NCBI GenBank assembly: GCA_963718615.1
Contig: OY970368.1
Location: forward strand, 1,792,001-1,856,000
Length of the DNA: 64,000 bases
From: an uncultured cyanobacterium
Lineage (GTDB): Bacteria > Cyanobacteriota > Cyanobacteriia > PCC-9006 > JAAUQQ01
Reading direction: 5' to 3'
The position numbers and the translations under genes are program-made. Positions 1 through 10,188 of the stretch are shown in pieces; positions within the stretch are counted from its first letter, which is position 1, and each line of letters opens with the position of its first letter. The notes beneath the pieces are model-generated. The model searched no databases, had not been told where the DNA came from, and was given only the letters and a program-made list of their open reading frames with translations.

Positions 1-128
1 CGCTCGGTTGTGTGCCAAGCAATCGCGAACAGCATTCTATGGCTGTCCGTTATGAAGGCATCGCGAGTCTTTCTAAAAGTTTCTTTGTCGAATGGGGTTG
101 CTTGCCCAAATCTATTTTGCTTAGCCAC
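1..128 (-). CDS. Tyrosine recombinase/integrase, N-terminal part (runs off left edge; absent from ORF track)
   Basis: Manual translation from GTG at 128 gives MAKQNRFGQATPFDKETFRKTRDAFITDSHRMLFAIAWHTTE(R), resembling the N-terminus of short cyanobacterial phage-integrase-family proteins (KxNRxGQA...RxLFxIxxxTxxR, first catalytic Arg). Confidence 0.7.
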   Translation of the reverse strand, partial: MAKQNRFGQATPFDKETFRKTRDAFITDSHRMLFAIAWHTTE

Positions 129-332
129 TACCTTTAACGTTCCGGTTTCATTTCCTGACAGCGTCTTTGCAGAACACAACCCTTTTTCTCTCGCTGCCAG
201 GATAGCCGAAAGCCTTATAAATTGGGCACTGTGGGATTACGTAAGCCGTTCTGCTTTTAGATAAAAGAGGGCAATTTGCAGCAGAGAAATTGATAGCTAC
301 GCTCGGTTTATTCGCATTCCGAGGAAGTACCC

Positions 333-635
333 ATGACGGCCATTGCAAAGCTAAACATCCCCGACGGCTGCAACAGCGTCGAAAAAATCGCCGCTTGGGC
401 GATCCTGACCCTGGTACGGCACAACCCGACGATGCGCGTGCTTGAGATTGACGACGAGACCCCGGTTCGAGTGGTGAGTTCGTCAGTTCTGGAGGCCGCA
501 GGCGGGACTACTCGGCTGTTAGGCCGGGTGAGCCTGGAACTAAATGCAGGCTATGACATCAGCACCCTCCCGCTCTGGGAAGAGGTGAAAGACCTATCAA
601 ACACGACCCTTAACGCTGGATACTTCAAGCCCTAA
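333..635 (+). CDS. Small hypothetical protein, first gene of putative virion module (capsid candidate)
   Basis: 100 aa ORF with GAGG RBS; stop overlaps next start (TAATG). Confidence 0.6.
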   Translation: MTAIAKLNIPDGCNSVEKIAAWAILTLVRHNPTMRVLEIDDETPVRVVSSSVLEAAGGTTRLLGRVSLELNAGYDISTLPLWEEVKDLSNTTLNAGYFKP

Positions 636-3023
636 TGCCTATCCCCAATCCCGCCGGGGGACGGGGTTACACTCCCCCCTCCGCACCTCGCAGCACCCCC
701 AGCGGGTTTCCTTCCGGAGGCTCTAGCCCCGGCGGGGTTGGCGGCGGCAAGCCCTCCTGGACCCGCGACACCGGCAACTACAAGCGGACCCAGTCCGCAC
801 AGAACTACAAGCCGACAAGGGGGGCGAGTGGGGGGAGTAGCGCGGGGCAGATTCGCCGCGCGCCGATCCAATCGCGAGCGCCGGGAACTCAGGCGGCCAA
901 GCCGCCCGGCGGAACCTCTCCCGCTGCTCAGGCTAGGGGCGCTGCGGGCACCTCTCCCGCTGCCATGGCCAAGGGCGCGGGGGGAGCGGCTGCGCTTCCT
1001 GCTGTGGCGGGAGCGGCCAAAGCACCCAGCGCCTTAGGGGCTGCGGGGAGCCGCTTAGGCCCTGCGGGGATTGCTGCGGGTGTGGGATTGCTCGCAGGGG
1101 AGGGGTTGCGGCGTAGCTTGGTTGAGCAGGGTCGGGAGGGGTTTGCCTACCCGTCGAATACTGGCGCATTGTTGGCGAACCCGGCTCGGACCGCTGTTGA
1201 TGGGTTGAGGGGACTGGGGGAGAGCTATGGGGATTTGCTGAATGGAAAGGGGAGCGAGGCGATCGCCACCGGCACCCCACCCGGCTACACCGCGCCGGGA
1301 GCACCGCCATTTACCGGAGGGCAAAGCCCTGGAGTCACCTATCGGATTACGTTCCAGAATACCGGGCAGACGTCTGCGGGAGCGAGCACTAGCATTCAAA
1401 CCACGGCGAACGTACCGGGTCCTGTTTCGGGCCTATCCAAGAGAACCAACACCGATGGAAGTTGGGAGTACTGGCTAAAGTACGGCAGCAATCAAGAAAC
1501 AAGGGTTAGGACTTGGGCGAATTTTTTCGTTTCCGGTGTCACTACAATCGCCTCAATCGTCCGCTCAGACGGGGCACCCGACACAGGCGGCGACCCACTA
1601 GGTCCCCCCGAACCCATCGCCCCACCGGCCCCAGTGCGCCCACCCACTCGCCAACCCCGACGCCCACCCACCGAAGACCCAACCCAAGAATCCAACCCAA
1701 GATCCAACCCAAGCCCCACCCGCCACCGAACCACCGCGCCCCGTTGAGCCACGGCTACCCGGTGAACCCGCGCCCCCCTATCGCCCACCCGCGACCGAGC
1801 CACCGCCCACAGAACAGCCCCCCGCGACCGAGCCACCGCGCCCCGTGCTACCCGGCGATCCACTTGAGCTACCGCCTGGGACGGAGCGAGACCCAGAGCA
1901 GGACCCCAAAAACGACAAGCCGACACAGCCCAAGACCCCGCCAATCTTTCCGCCGGTTATTCGCCGCAATATCACGACGCGGAAGACCAACACCAACGGC
2001 GCGGGGCCTCCGACCGGCTCGCAAAATGCCCCACCGGCACCGCCACTGAAGGTGAACCAAACCTCGCCGCCAACGTGCCGAGGGTGCGGCGCTGTGACCA
2101 GCTCAAAGCTGGATCAGCTCGGAGCTGGGCAGGGGGTGATTATCAACAACATCGGAGCACCGACGGACATCAGTCCGTTAATCGCGCTCCACGGAATCAC
2201 TCACGCCACGCAGGCCACCATGCTCACTCGCCTAGGGGCACAGCTTCCCGGCGGGATTGGGGGAGTGCTTGGGTTACTGGATGAATTCTTGCGCAAGGCA
2301 TGGAAGGCAACGAGGCTCGATAAAGTACTCAACGCCTTAAACACCTTGTTGCTAGTTCATAACGCTGCACTCCTTAGCCGGTCGCTCTTTCAGACCTTTG
2401 GAGAAGTCGCGAGCCAAGCCTTAAACCTGTTTGGAATCAAGGATGAAGAGAACAACCCCATCGACATCAATGAAATCCTAGGGGGGCAAATCACCAACCT
2501 TGTTAAGGGCGTGCTAGGAGATGCCCTATATACCAACGTCACGACGACTTGGGCAAAGGGTAGCGCCATTCTCAGCAGCGCGAGCCAAATCGTCTGGACT
2601 ATCCGCAGCATCGGAGATTCAAGCCGTGAGATCGCCGAATGGACAGCGGAGAACACCGGCAAAATCGGCAACGCGCTCAAACAATGGCGTATTGTCGGCC
2701 CCAACGCCTACAAATGGATGCCTGAGCGGGTTTCCAGTCAGAACGCATGGCAACTAAAAGTACAGAGAGCTCGCGACCAGGTCGAGGCTCTGGAGGATGC
2801 AGCCAGTTCCCTCAGTTCTGTGCTGGGCGAGGCCCAATCGATCCAGGATGAGTTTAAAGAGTTGGATGACCAACAGAAGCGCTTTAAGGATGCCATGAAA
2901 GCCGCGACACCCAAGGATCGGGAGGATAACGACATCGTTAAACTGGCGGCGGCAGAGGCCAAGGACGCCAGCAAATCACCCGCACTAGACGCTTTCAGCC
3001 GTAAAAAGGGGGATGAGTTGTAA
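635..3023 (+). pseudogene. Large Gly/Ala/Pro-rich putative virion protein (~795 aa) split by a +1 frameshift at ~1689
   Basis: ORFs 635-1747 and 1845-3023 join if one A is removed from the middle copy of the GAYCCAACCCAA repeat (DPTQ x3); Pro-rich PATEPP linker; helical/coiled-coil C-terminus. Confidence 0.75.
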
Positions 3024-3376
3024 TGGCACTTCCTGATAATTTCAGCCCGGTTGAGCACTTCCAGGACTCAATCGGTCGAATCTACAACAAAGAGGTTAAA
3101 GACTGGTTCTCGGACCTTGACCCAGACGAGCTGGGCATCGACACCCCGCGCAGTTCACTAAGGACAGCGTGCTGGCATCAGGAGAACGATTCCGTCATGG
3201 TGACGGTCGGGCGAATGCTGCTGTTTGATATGGTGGTCGCCCGCAAGGTTCAGGGCAGCGGTAGCGACATCTATCAAGTGTCAAGACATTTGCCTGTCGC
3301 GACAATTAGAAGGCGGGGAGCCCACTGAATTGGCAAAAGGAAATGAGAAGCGGCAATCTCAGGTCAAGACGACAAT

Positions 3377-4291
3377 CTAAGATCGCTTCTGGTGTGTCGA
3401 TGTTTGGGAGTCAGATTCAGAGGATTTTGCCGGGAGTGCCTTCAAGTTCTCAGAGCGCTGGTGAGCGGAGCGTTTACGAAAACTGTCCGCCTTGATTTCG
3501 AGAATGACCGCATGGTGAATGAGGCGGTCAACGGCGGCGACGGTCATCATGGAATCACCAAAGATGGAGTTCCACTCACTGAACGGCTGATTGGCAGTGA
3601 CCATGATGCTTTTGCGCTCATAGCGATAGGCAATGAGTTCAAAGAGAACGGAGGTTTCTGCCTCGGATTTTTGGACATAGCCGAGGTCATCAATGATCAC
3701 GAGGTCAAAGCGGTCGAGCTTTTTCAGGGCAGGCTGAAGCTGGAGATGAAGCTTTTCTTTTTGGAGATACTGCACCAGGGTGGTGGCACAGAAGAATTTG
3801 ACGCGCTTGCCCGCTTCCAGGGCGGCACGAGCGATGCCAGCGGCCAGATGGGTTTTGCCGACCCCAGAAGGTCCGAAGAAGAGACAGTTTTGGGCGTCAT
3901 CAATCCACTGGGGTTCAGTGGCGAGTTTTTGAATCGGGAGAGGGTTAACCAGGGGCAGGTGTGTCCAATCGAAATTGGAAACCGTTTTGGCGTTGGGCAG
4001 TTGAGCTTCGGTGATGGCTCTTTGGAGGCGCAAAGCCTTGCGGCGGTCTGTTTCGAGTTGGCACAGGGCCAAGAGAAATTGCGCGTAGGACCAGGTCTCT
4101 CGCATGGCTTGCTGCTCCAAGGTCTCCCAGTGGTTGAGCATATGGGATAAGCGCAGGTGCTTGAGCTGAGCGCTGAGGCTTTGGTAAGGGCTCAGCTCCG
4201 GTTGAGACGAGCTCTGGTTCTGCATCTGGGATGACGCTGCTGTGGGTGAACAGAAGGGCATCGTAGTCGTTGAGGTCATGTTGTTGGACAT
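3377..4291 (-). CDS. istB: IS21 helper ATPase IstB (true start probably ~4225)
   Basis: Walker A GPSGVGKT, Walker B IIDDLGY, AAVDRLIHH motif. Confidence 0.93.
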   Translation of the reverse strand: MSNNMTSTTTMPFCSPTAASSQMQNQSSSQPELSPYQSLSAQLKHLRLSHMLNHWETLEQQAMRETWSYAQFLLALCQLETDRRKALRLQRAITEAQLPNAKTVSNFDWTHLPLVNPLPIQKLATEPQWIDDAQNCLFFGPSGVGKTHLAAGIARAALEAGKRVKFFCATTLVQYLQKEKLHLQLQPALKKLDRFDLVIIDDLGYVQKSEAETSVLFELIAYRYERKSIMVTANQPFSEWNSIFGDSMMTVAAVDRLIHHAVILEIKADSFRKRSAHQRSENLKALPAKSSESDSQTSTHQKRS

Positions 4292-5735
4292 TCACGGTGG
4301 GGAATTCGAGTTTGGTGAGCAACTGAAAATGGAGTCTGAGCCTTGAGAGGGTGAGGGTTTTGGCCTCAATCTCTGGGAAGAGGTAGTCAGCGACCGCCGC
4401 TTCCTTGTTTTGGGTCGCCGCAATATAGAGGGCTTCGACCATGAGCACGGCGGCAGAATCAAGCTCAAAGCCAGCCTGGAGCTGTTTCCAGAGTTGGTGA
4501 TAGCGCTCATTGGGCAGGAGGTCCTCTCGCCAGGTGCTGTGGAGGAAGGCCAAGGGCTTTTTGCGCAACCCTTCGATGACATGGTGATAGTCCACCGAGC
4601 GGGCGCGCCGCTTGTCCTTGTCAGTAGAACGAATCCGTTTCAACCTGAACACTTCATGGCCTTCGAGGTAGCCCATCAGGCGGTTGTGGTGCAGATGCAC
4701 TTCCAGGGACCGGCCAATTAAGCGAGACGGCACGCTGTAGAGCATGCAGCGGATATCAATCGTGCTGTTGCTGCTCACCTTAGCGGTGAGGAGTTCGTAG
4801 TCCGCAGCCCGGTATTTGGGCAACGCCTGGAGATGCGCTTTCTCATGCTCATACTTATCCTGATGCTGGGCATTGAGCTTGGCCACACAGTCATTGAGCA
4901 GGTCTTGATAGTCGCTGACGCTAGCGAAGTCGGTGCTGCCGCGCAGGTACATCGCTTGGACAATGCGGTTCTTCAGATGACCGTGGGGGCCTTCAATAGA
5001 ACCGTTCTCGTGGGCGATTCCCCGGTTGTTTCGCGTCGGTTGCAACCGATAGTGCTCACACAGGTCGTCATACAAGCGCGTCAGCGGTTTGGTCTTCTTC
5101 CCACCCAGATTTCGATAGGCCGCACTCAGGCTATCGGTGCGATGCTGCTTTGGAGCCCCGCCGCAGGCAAACAGGGCATTCTGCAATCCTTCGGATAGGG
5201 CGACAAAGCTTTCACCCCCCTCGATTAACTCCGCGTAGGACCAGCCGCTGTAGCCCAAGCGGTAGTGATAAATCAAGTGCTCATAGGGCTTTCCATTTAT
5301 CGTCACCACCGTCCCTTTGAGTTCGGTGAAGTCGGAAAATCCTTGCACCCCCGGCTCGTGACGCAGCTCAAACATCACCTCGGGAGCTGGACCATACAGT
5401 GCTTTCCAGGTTCTCACTCGCCGCTGAAGCGTCCTGAGCACTTGCGGATATTGACCCGGATATTTGTCCTGCAAATGCTCAAATAACGTCGTCGGTTTCA
5501 GTCTTGGCTCAGCTCGCAGCATCGCCTCTAGTTCGGCTTCCCAAAGACCGTTGAGTGGATCTGGCCGGGTCCGCACCCCGGTGCCCTCTCCACTCCCCTG
5601 CTGCCACTCGTTGGCATCCATTCGTTGCGCGGTTCGCACCGAAAATTCCGCCACCGCTGCCGCATCTTGCTGCGACAGGCCATGCTCCTTTGCATTCATG
5701 TACACTCGCTGTTGATACATTATTACTCTCGACAC
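3945..5735 (-). CDS. istA: IS21 transposase IstA
   Basis: rve-type DDE: HEPGVQGFSDFT, RTDSLSAA, ENGSIEGPHG; YSVPSRLIG. Confidence 0.92.
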   Translation of the reverse strand: MSRVIMYQQRVYMNAKEHGLSQQDAAAVAEFSVRTAQRMDANEWQQGSGEGTGVRTRPDPLNGLWEAELEAMLRAEPRLKPTTLFEHLQDKYPGQYPQVLRTLQRRVRTWKALYGPAPEVMFELRHEPGVQGFSDFTELKGTVVTINGKPYEHLIYHYRLGYSGWSYAELIEGGESFVALSEGLQNALFACGGAPKQHRTDSLSAAYRNLGGKKTKPLTRLYDDLCEHYRLQPTRNNRGIAHENGSIEGPHGHLKNRIVQAMYLRGSTDFASVSDYQDLLNDCVAKLNAQHQDKYEHEKAHLQALPKYRAADYELLTAKVSSNSTIDIRCMLYSVPSRLIGRSLEVHLHHNRLMGYLEGHEVFRLKRIRSTDKDKRRARSVDYHHVIEGLRKKPLAFLHSTWREDLLPNERYHQLWKQLQAGFELDSAAVLMVEALYIAATQNKEAAVADYLFPEIEAKTLTLSRLRLHFQLLTKLEFPTVNVQQHDLNDYDALLFTHSSVIPDAEPELVSTGAEPLPKPQRSAQAPALIPYAQPLGDLGAASHARDLVLRAISLGPVPTRNRPPQGFAPPKSHHRSSTAQRQNGFQFRLDTPAPG

Positions 5736-6586
5736 TCGTTAGAGTCCTTTCTTTCCAGGGGGACCCTATGAGTGTCTTTTTTTGTCGATCGCCACGCCAG
5801 TGAGCTGTCAAAGTCTCACGTCTGTCTCACGATCCAAGCCACGCTTTCGCGACAACTCCCGCCAGGAAATGTCGAGCAGCCGCCAATGCTATTGTCGTCT
5901 AACAGACATCGAAACCTCTCCCCCCTACCAGGTGAACCGACGGCATAAACCGCAGGTCACCCTGTTCTTCCTAGAAGATGCAGACCGGATTGAGCCCGGT
6001 TACCGTCAGGTTGAAGGGCGGATCAGCTTCCGCATCATGGACGAAACCGTGGAAACCATGACCCAAGCGAAAGCCACCCAGCTTGCCAACCGGGTGAAGA
6101 CCGCCATGGGGACCGGCGGCGGATTTGTCTGGAAGAAGGGCAAAGCCATGGCGACCTATGCCGACTGGGACAAGGGGTATCAACTCCAATTGTTCACCCC
6201 CAACAAGGTCGAGGCTAAGCGGCTGATTGAGCAGATTCTTGACATTCAGCAGCACACGCCGAACTGGAACTACCTCAATTACGAAGAAAACGACGACCCT
6301 AACGACGCTTACCCGACAATCCCGCCGACCCAAATCATCTTGGGCAAGTCGAGGCGGCTGGCGCGGCGACGGCCACGGGCTGACGTGAGGTTTCAGTATG
6401 CGGTTTTGACCCTCGCGGGTCTGCCGAATCCCATCGCTTTGTACGATCGCAGCGGGCGTTACCCTGACCCACTGGTCCTTTGAGTCGTTTGGATAATCTC
6501 GGAACGGTTTAACCCTTCCGAAAATCGAATATGCACTGATACGAGGCCAGAGTAGATGCAAAGTTTTTCGACGGATCTGAAGAATC

Positions 6587-7180
6587 ATGGCTAAACGCCG
6601 ACCTTACTCGCTAGTCCTGATTGGTGCTCGCAAAGAGTCCGCTCGGACCAAATATCTACAGTTTTTGGCTGGTGCAGCCGATCGCCCCAGCCGCATTGGC
6701 TCCCAAGGCGCTCGCCCGGAGCGCGTGAGCTTGGCCGTGCAACCTTTTGCCTTTTCGCTGCCTGAAAATATTCTTGCTCAAGGCTCCGCTCTTCTGCCTG
6801 CCGTTGTTTCCCTACAGGGGATCGCAGCAGTCAGCGAGCGCGTCAAATTGGGCGTCAAGACCGGCGCTCCGGCTACCTCAACCCCGACGGGTGTCAGCCT
6901 GACCCGGATTGCTGACACAGATGAGCTACTTGGCATCAAGAACTTCAGCCCAGCTCGCATCATTCGCCGGGTTTACCAAACCAAAACGGCAACTAAGAAA
7001 AACTCTGAAATCACTGGCCTTGCCTACGGCTACCGTAAGTCAACCTCGGTCTCTGTTCCTTTTGGGAAAAAGAACGCGACGGACACGATTACGGATGCCT
7101 TCAAGGCCGTCAGCGATGCGATCGAAGGTGCAGACGGAAACGGCCTAACTCAGGTCTTTCTGAAAGAAGAGGATGTCTAA
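6587..7180 (+). CDS. Basic hypothetical protein, paralog A
   Basis: K/R-rich 197 aa, colinear with next gene. Confidence 0.7.
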   Translation: MAKRRPYSLVLIGARKESARTKYLQFLAGAADRPSRIGSQGARPERVSLAVQPFAFSLPENILAQGSALLPAVVSLQGIAAVSERVKLGVKTGAPATSTPTGVSLTRIADTDELLGIKNFSPARIIRRVYQTKTATKKNSEITGLAYGYRKSTSVSVPFGKKNATDTITDAFKAVSDAIEGADGNGLTQVFLKEEDV

Positions 7181-7183
7181 GCT

Positions 7184-7765
7184 ATGGCTAAACGCAACCC
7201 TTACTCTCTGGTATTGATTGGGGCGCGGAAAGCTTCGGCTCGGACCAAGTACCTTGAGTTCCTGTCTGGCAGAGCCGACCGGCCTAGCCGGATTGGAACA
7301 AAGGGGCCTCGCTCACAAAGGTACCCGCTAGCTCTCCGCCCCTTTGCGGGAATTGTCCCAAATACTGTACTAGTGGCCACATCCGCATCGAAAGAGGCAG
7401 TTTTGGCCCTACAGGGATTCATTTCTATCCAAGGGCGAGTTGTTTATCGCTACTCTCCCTTGCCTGCGGAGATTCAGCTCACTTTCCCAGGCGCGGGACT
7501 AGACTTTTTAGAAATCAAGGGGTTTAGCCCAGCGCGGATCATTCGCAAGGTCTATCAAACTCGGACAGCTACGGTCAAAAAGTCGGAGACGACCGGCCTA
7601 ACCTATGGCTATAAAGCCTCGTCTACGCTTTCAATCCCAATCGGAAGAAAGAACGCGACTGATTCGCTCGTTGACGCCTTGAGCGCAGCGGGTGGAGCAA
7701 TTAGGGGGGCTGATGGTAGCGGGCTGACCAAAGTCTTCTTGAAAGAAGAGGAGATTCCCGCGTGA
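7184..7765 (+). CDS. Basic hypothetical protein, paralog B
   Basis: Shares MAKRxPYSLVLIGARK, FSPARIIRxVYQT, GxKNATD and GLTxVFLKEE with paralog A. Confidence 0.7.
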   Translation: MAKRNPYSLVLIGARKASARTKYLEFLSGRADRPSRIGTKGPRSQRYPLALRPFAGIVPNTVLVATSASKEAVLALQGFISIQGRVVYRYSPLPAEIQLTFPGAGLDFLEIKGFSPARIIRKVYQTRTATVKKSETTGLTYGYKASSTLSIPIGRKNATDSLVDALSAAGGAIRGADGSGLTKVFLKEEEIPA

Positions 7766-8058
7766 TTCATTGGATAGACCCCATTTTGCCCGAGGTTTTT
7801 CTAACCCCGGATCACAATCAGGCCGACACGGCCCAGGCGACCTTAGAAGCCCTTGAGCGGCAACGCATGGTTAAGGGCTTCTTCGAGGGGAGTATTGATG
7901 GGGACGTGGTTGATGATTGCCTCGCTGAACATGGGATTAATCCCCATGCTTTTTGGGTGCAGGCAGAAGAAAATATTGAGGAGTTCATTCTGATGGACCC
8001 TCAGGAAATTGAAGGTCTAGACCGGCTTTTGAGACATGGCCCTTACTTGGGATCCTGA
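7762..8058 (+). CDS. Acidic hypothetical protein
   Basis: GTGA-coupled ORF within operon. Confidence 0.6.
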   Translation: MIHWIDPILPEVFLTPDHNQADTAQATLEALERQRMVKGFFEGSIDGDVVDDCLAEHGINPHAFWVQAEENIEEFILMDPQEIEGLDRLLRHGPYLGS

Positions 8059-8518
8059 AAATAGTTCCAACTGGGAACTGACCTATTCGGATCAACGGTT
8101 TGAGGAGCAGAGGGAGGGATATCTCCCAAGGCGAAAGCGCATTCAGCCCTTCGTCATCCCAGTGCTTATCTCCTCACCGTTGATTGCGATTTGGACAGAC
8201 TCAGACGGTAAAAACGACACTTGGAACCTTGCGGGCTGGGTCCGGGGTGCCATTGCCGTACCCAGCTTAATCAATGACATCAAGCTGCTCAACGGCCCGA
8301 GTCAGGCGCTGCAATTGAGGGAGGCGACGCGGTTTGACTTTACGGCCAATCCGGCCAGTAGTTACCAACTGCGTATCTTCCCCCAAAGATACCTGCCAGA
8401 TCTCCGCATCAAGGTCTACGAATACCGTGGTCCTATCGGTGACAGCACCGAAGAATTGATCACAGTAACTAGAGTTGACCTTGCAAGAATCGAAACCAGA
8501 ATCAATGCCCTACTCTGA
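8036..8518 (+). CDS. Hypothetical protein, putative virion component
   Basis: Overlapping ORF in operon with beta-rich composition. Confidence 0.6.
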   Translation: MALTWDPENSSNWELTYSDQRFEEQREGYLPRRKRIQPFVIPVLISSPLIAIWTDSDGKNDTWNLAGWVRGAIAVPSLINDIKLLNGPSQALQLREATRFDFTANPASSYQLRIFPQRYLPDLRIKVYEYRGPIGDSTEELITVTRVDLARIETRINALL

Positions 8519-9716
8519 TGGCCTCACCCACGCTCGACGCGTTGATTTCAGCGCTCGGCTGTTCCCGGATACGACCAGCAAAACGCTGTATCGACCGGGC
8601 GATATTGACAATTTCTCCCTCCTGACTGGCTATCGCTACTCGGGCCAGGTGCTACAGCTTCAGATTTTTAGCAATCGCTTTTTGCGGCTGCGGTTTTGGA
8701 TTCAGACCACCTTAGGCGAGCGACTTTATTTCGGCCCAGAGCAGCCCGTAAATCGCGATCAGTTCCTGCTCAAGGAACACATCGCAGCGGGTCTATTCTT
8801 GGGCGGCGGGGCTTCGTTGGGGGTCGATATACCTGCGGGGCAAATCTTAGTTGAGGATCAAATCTCAATCCTGGGATTCGCTGAGGAGCGGGGTAACACT
8901 CGACCGCTTCGCACCGTTGAGGGCGGCATCGCCTGGGGGGATATTGGCGGAGACCTGGGAAACCAGGGGGACATCGCTGATGCGCTGACCGCTCAGGCGG
9001 AGAACTTCGCCAGCGAGCTGGCGGCGATCGACATCGCCCAAGAGGCCCAGGACAATCTGATTGCAGATCTACAGCAGGCCCAAACGACCCAAGAGACGCA
9101 ATTCTCTGGGGATATTGAGACGCTGCAAGGCGACGTGATCCAGCTTCAGACAAGTGTTGGGAACATCCAGAGTCAGCCGGGAGGAGTGAGCGAGTTTCAC
9201 TATTACGGGCCGACCTTGCCCAGCGCCCCCACCGAGGGAGAGACCTGGAGGGAAACGACGGAGGCGGGGCTGTGGGTTGGAGATTGGGAATGGGTTTCGA
9301 GTTTGTCCAAGTGGATTGACAGATACCCCGTCTACTCGGACATGGCACAAAACATATGGGCTGCATCCGGAATCGCCTCGCTCACCAATTACGCATGGCT
9401 TCGACCTTCTCCAAACGCAGCAGTCCGGGGGGTCTTTCAGTTCCTAAGCCCGGATGACTCAAACCGCTACCACGTCATCAATGTTCAATGGGCGAGGCTG
9501 ACGGGAGGAAGTAGCAGCTACGAAGGAAGCGCGGTAAACGTGAACACCAAAGACATAGCTAGGCCATTGGGAAGCAACGAGGCGGCGATTTATGAAACGG
9601 AATGGAGATCGCTTGCCTACCCATGGCATGTGAGGTTTCAGATCACTGGGGTTGGATCACCGCTGCCCGCTATCTACGGCAGACTCTTGGCTGAACAACG
9701 AAATATACGGGGGTAA
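8505..9716 (+). CDS. Putative spike/fibre (receptor-binding) protein
   Basis: N-terminal beta region, WGDIGGDLGNQGDI motif, heptad coiled coil, PSAPTEGETW motif typical of phage fibres, C-terminal head region. Confidence 0.6.
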   Translation: MPYSDGLTHARRVDFSARLFPDTTSKTLYRPGDIDNFSLLTGYRYSGQVLQLQIFSNRFLRLRFWIQTTLGERLYFGPEQPVNRDQFLLKEHIAAGLFLGGGASLGVDIPAGQILVEDQISILGFAEERGNTRPLRTVEGGIAWGDIGGDLGNQGDIADALTAQAENFASELAAIDIAQEAQDNLIADLQQAQTTQETQFSGDIETLQGDVIQLQTSVGNIQSQPGGVSEFHYYGPTLPSAPTEGETWRETTEAGLWVGDWEWVSSLSKWIDRYPVYSDMAQNIWAASGIASLTNYAWLRPSPNAAVRGVFQFLSPDDSNRYHVINVQWARLTGGSSSYEGSAVNVNTKDIARPLGSNEAAIYETEWRSLAYPWHVRFQITGVGSPLPAIYGRLLAEQRNIRG

Positions 9717-9988
9717 TGATGAACTATTTCCGATTGATGGGGCTGATTGCCCAGCTCGCACAGATTGCAGAATCGACCGGCGGCCAAGTGCCCAAGGGCG
9801 ATGCGGGGCTGTATTTCCTTTGCCGCGCCTTCTGCGAGCGGTTGGAGGAGCGCAACCCCGGCATTGCTGAGGCGGCGGGGTTTGATTATGAGGTGCTGAC
9901 CTATCGAAATTTGGTGCCGAGGCCCCCCGCGACCTTTGCCCAGGTTCCGACGGCGGGACTATTGCGGGAGGATGACCCATGGAGTTAG
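9716..9988 (+). CDS. Hypothetical protein
   Basis: Coupled ORF in operon. Confidence 0.55.
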   Translation: MMNYFRLMGLIAQLAQIAESTGGQVPKGDAGLYFLCRAFCERLEERNPGIAEAAGFDYEVLTYRNLVPRPPATFAQVPTAGLLREDDPWS

Positions 9989-10188
9989 CGATCGCCCTCG
10001 CGGGTTTCATGGCCACATCAGCAGCGACCATCCTCAAGATCAACAATCATCTGGATAAGCGCTTTGATTTCCTTGAGCGGCGCATGGAAATCTTGAGCAC
10101 TTCCGTCGAGGGCAATCAGCGGCTAGTGGATCATCGGCTTGAGGTGCTGGAAGACCAACGATTTACGGTAAACGGGAAAGGACGATGA
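9979..10188 (+). CDS. Holin-like/XhlA-like small membrane protein
   Basis: N-terminal hydrophobic helix plus coiled coil, ATGA-coupled to amidase. Confidence 0.5.
   Translation: MELAIALAGFMATSAATILKINNHLDKRFDFLERRMEILSTSVEGNQRLVDHRLEVLEDQRFTVNGKGR

Larger units (their letters stand above)
3272..5904 (-). mobile_element. IS21-family insertion sequence (2633 bp)
   Basis: istA-istB pair, imperfect terminal inverted repeats, 6-bp target duplication GACATC at 3266-3271 and 5905-5910. Confidence 0.93.
3023..6483 (+). pseudogene. 273-aa putative structural protein interrupted by IS21
   Basis: 3023-3271 (..GSGSDI) and 5911-6483 (ETSPPY..) fuse in frame after removing the IS and one GACATC copy. 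Confidence 0.85.

Noticed and set aside
10-348. Track ORFs 10-264 (+) and 148-348 (-)
   Set aside because: Shadow frames; the integrase-like minus frame from 128 is the more credible gene
3945-4291. Long istA/istB overlap as a novel overlapping gene or frameshift system
   Set aside because: Overlap and read-on tails are ordinary in IS21 elements, and the istB start is probably further downstream
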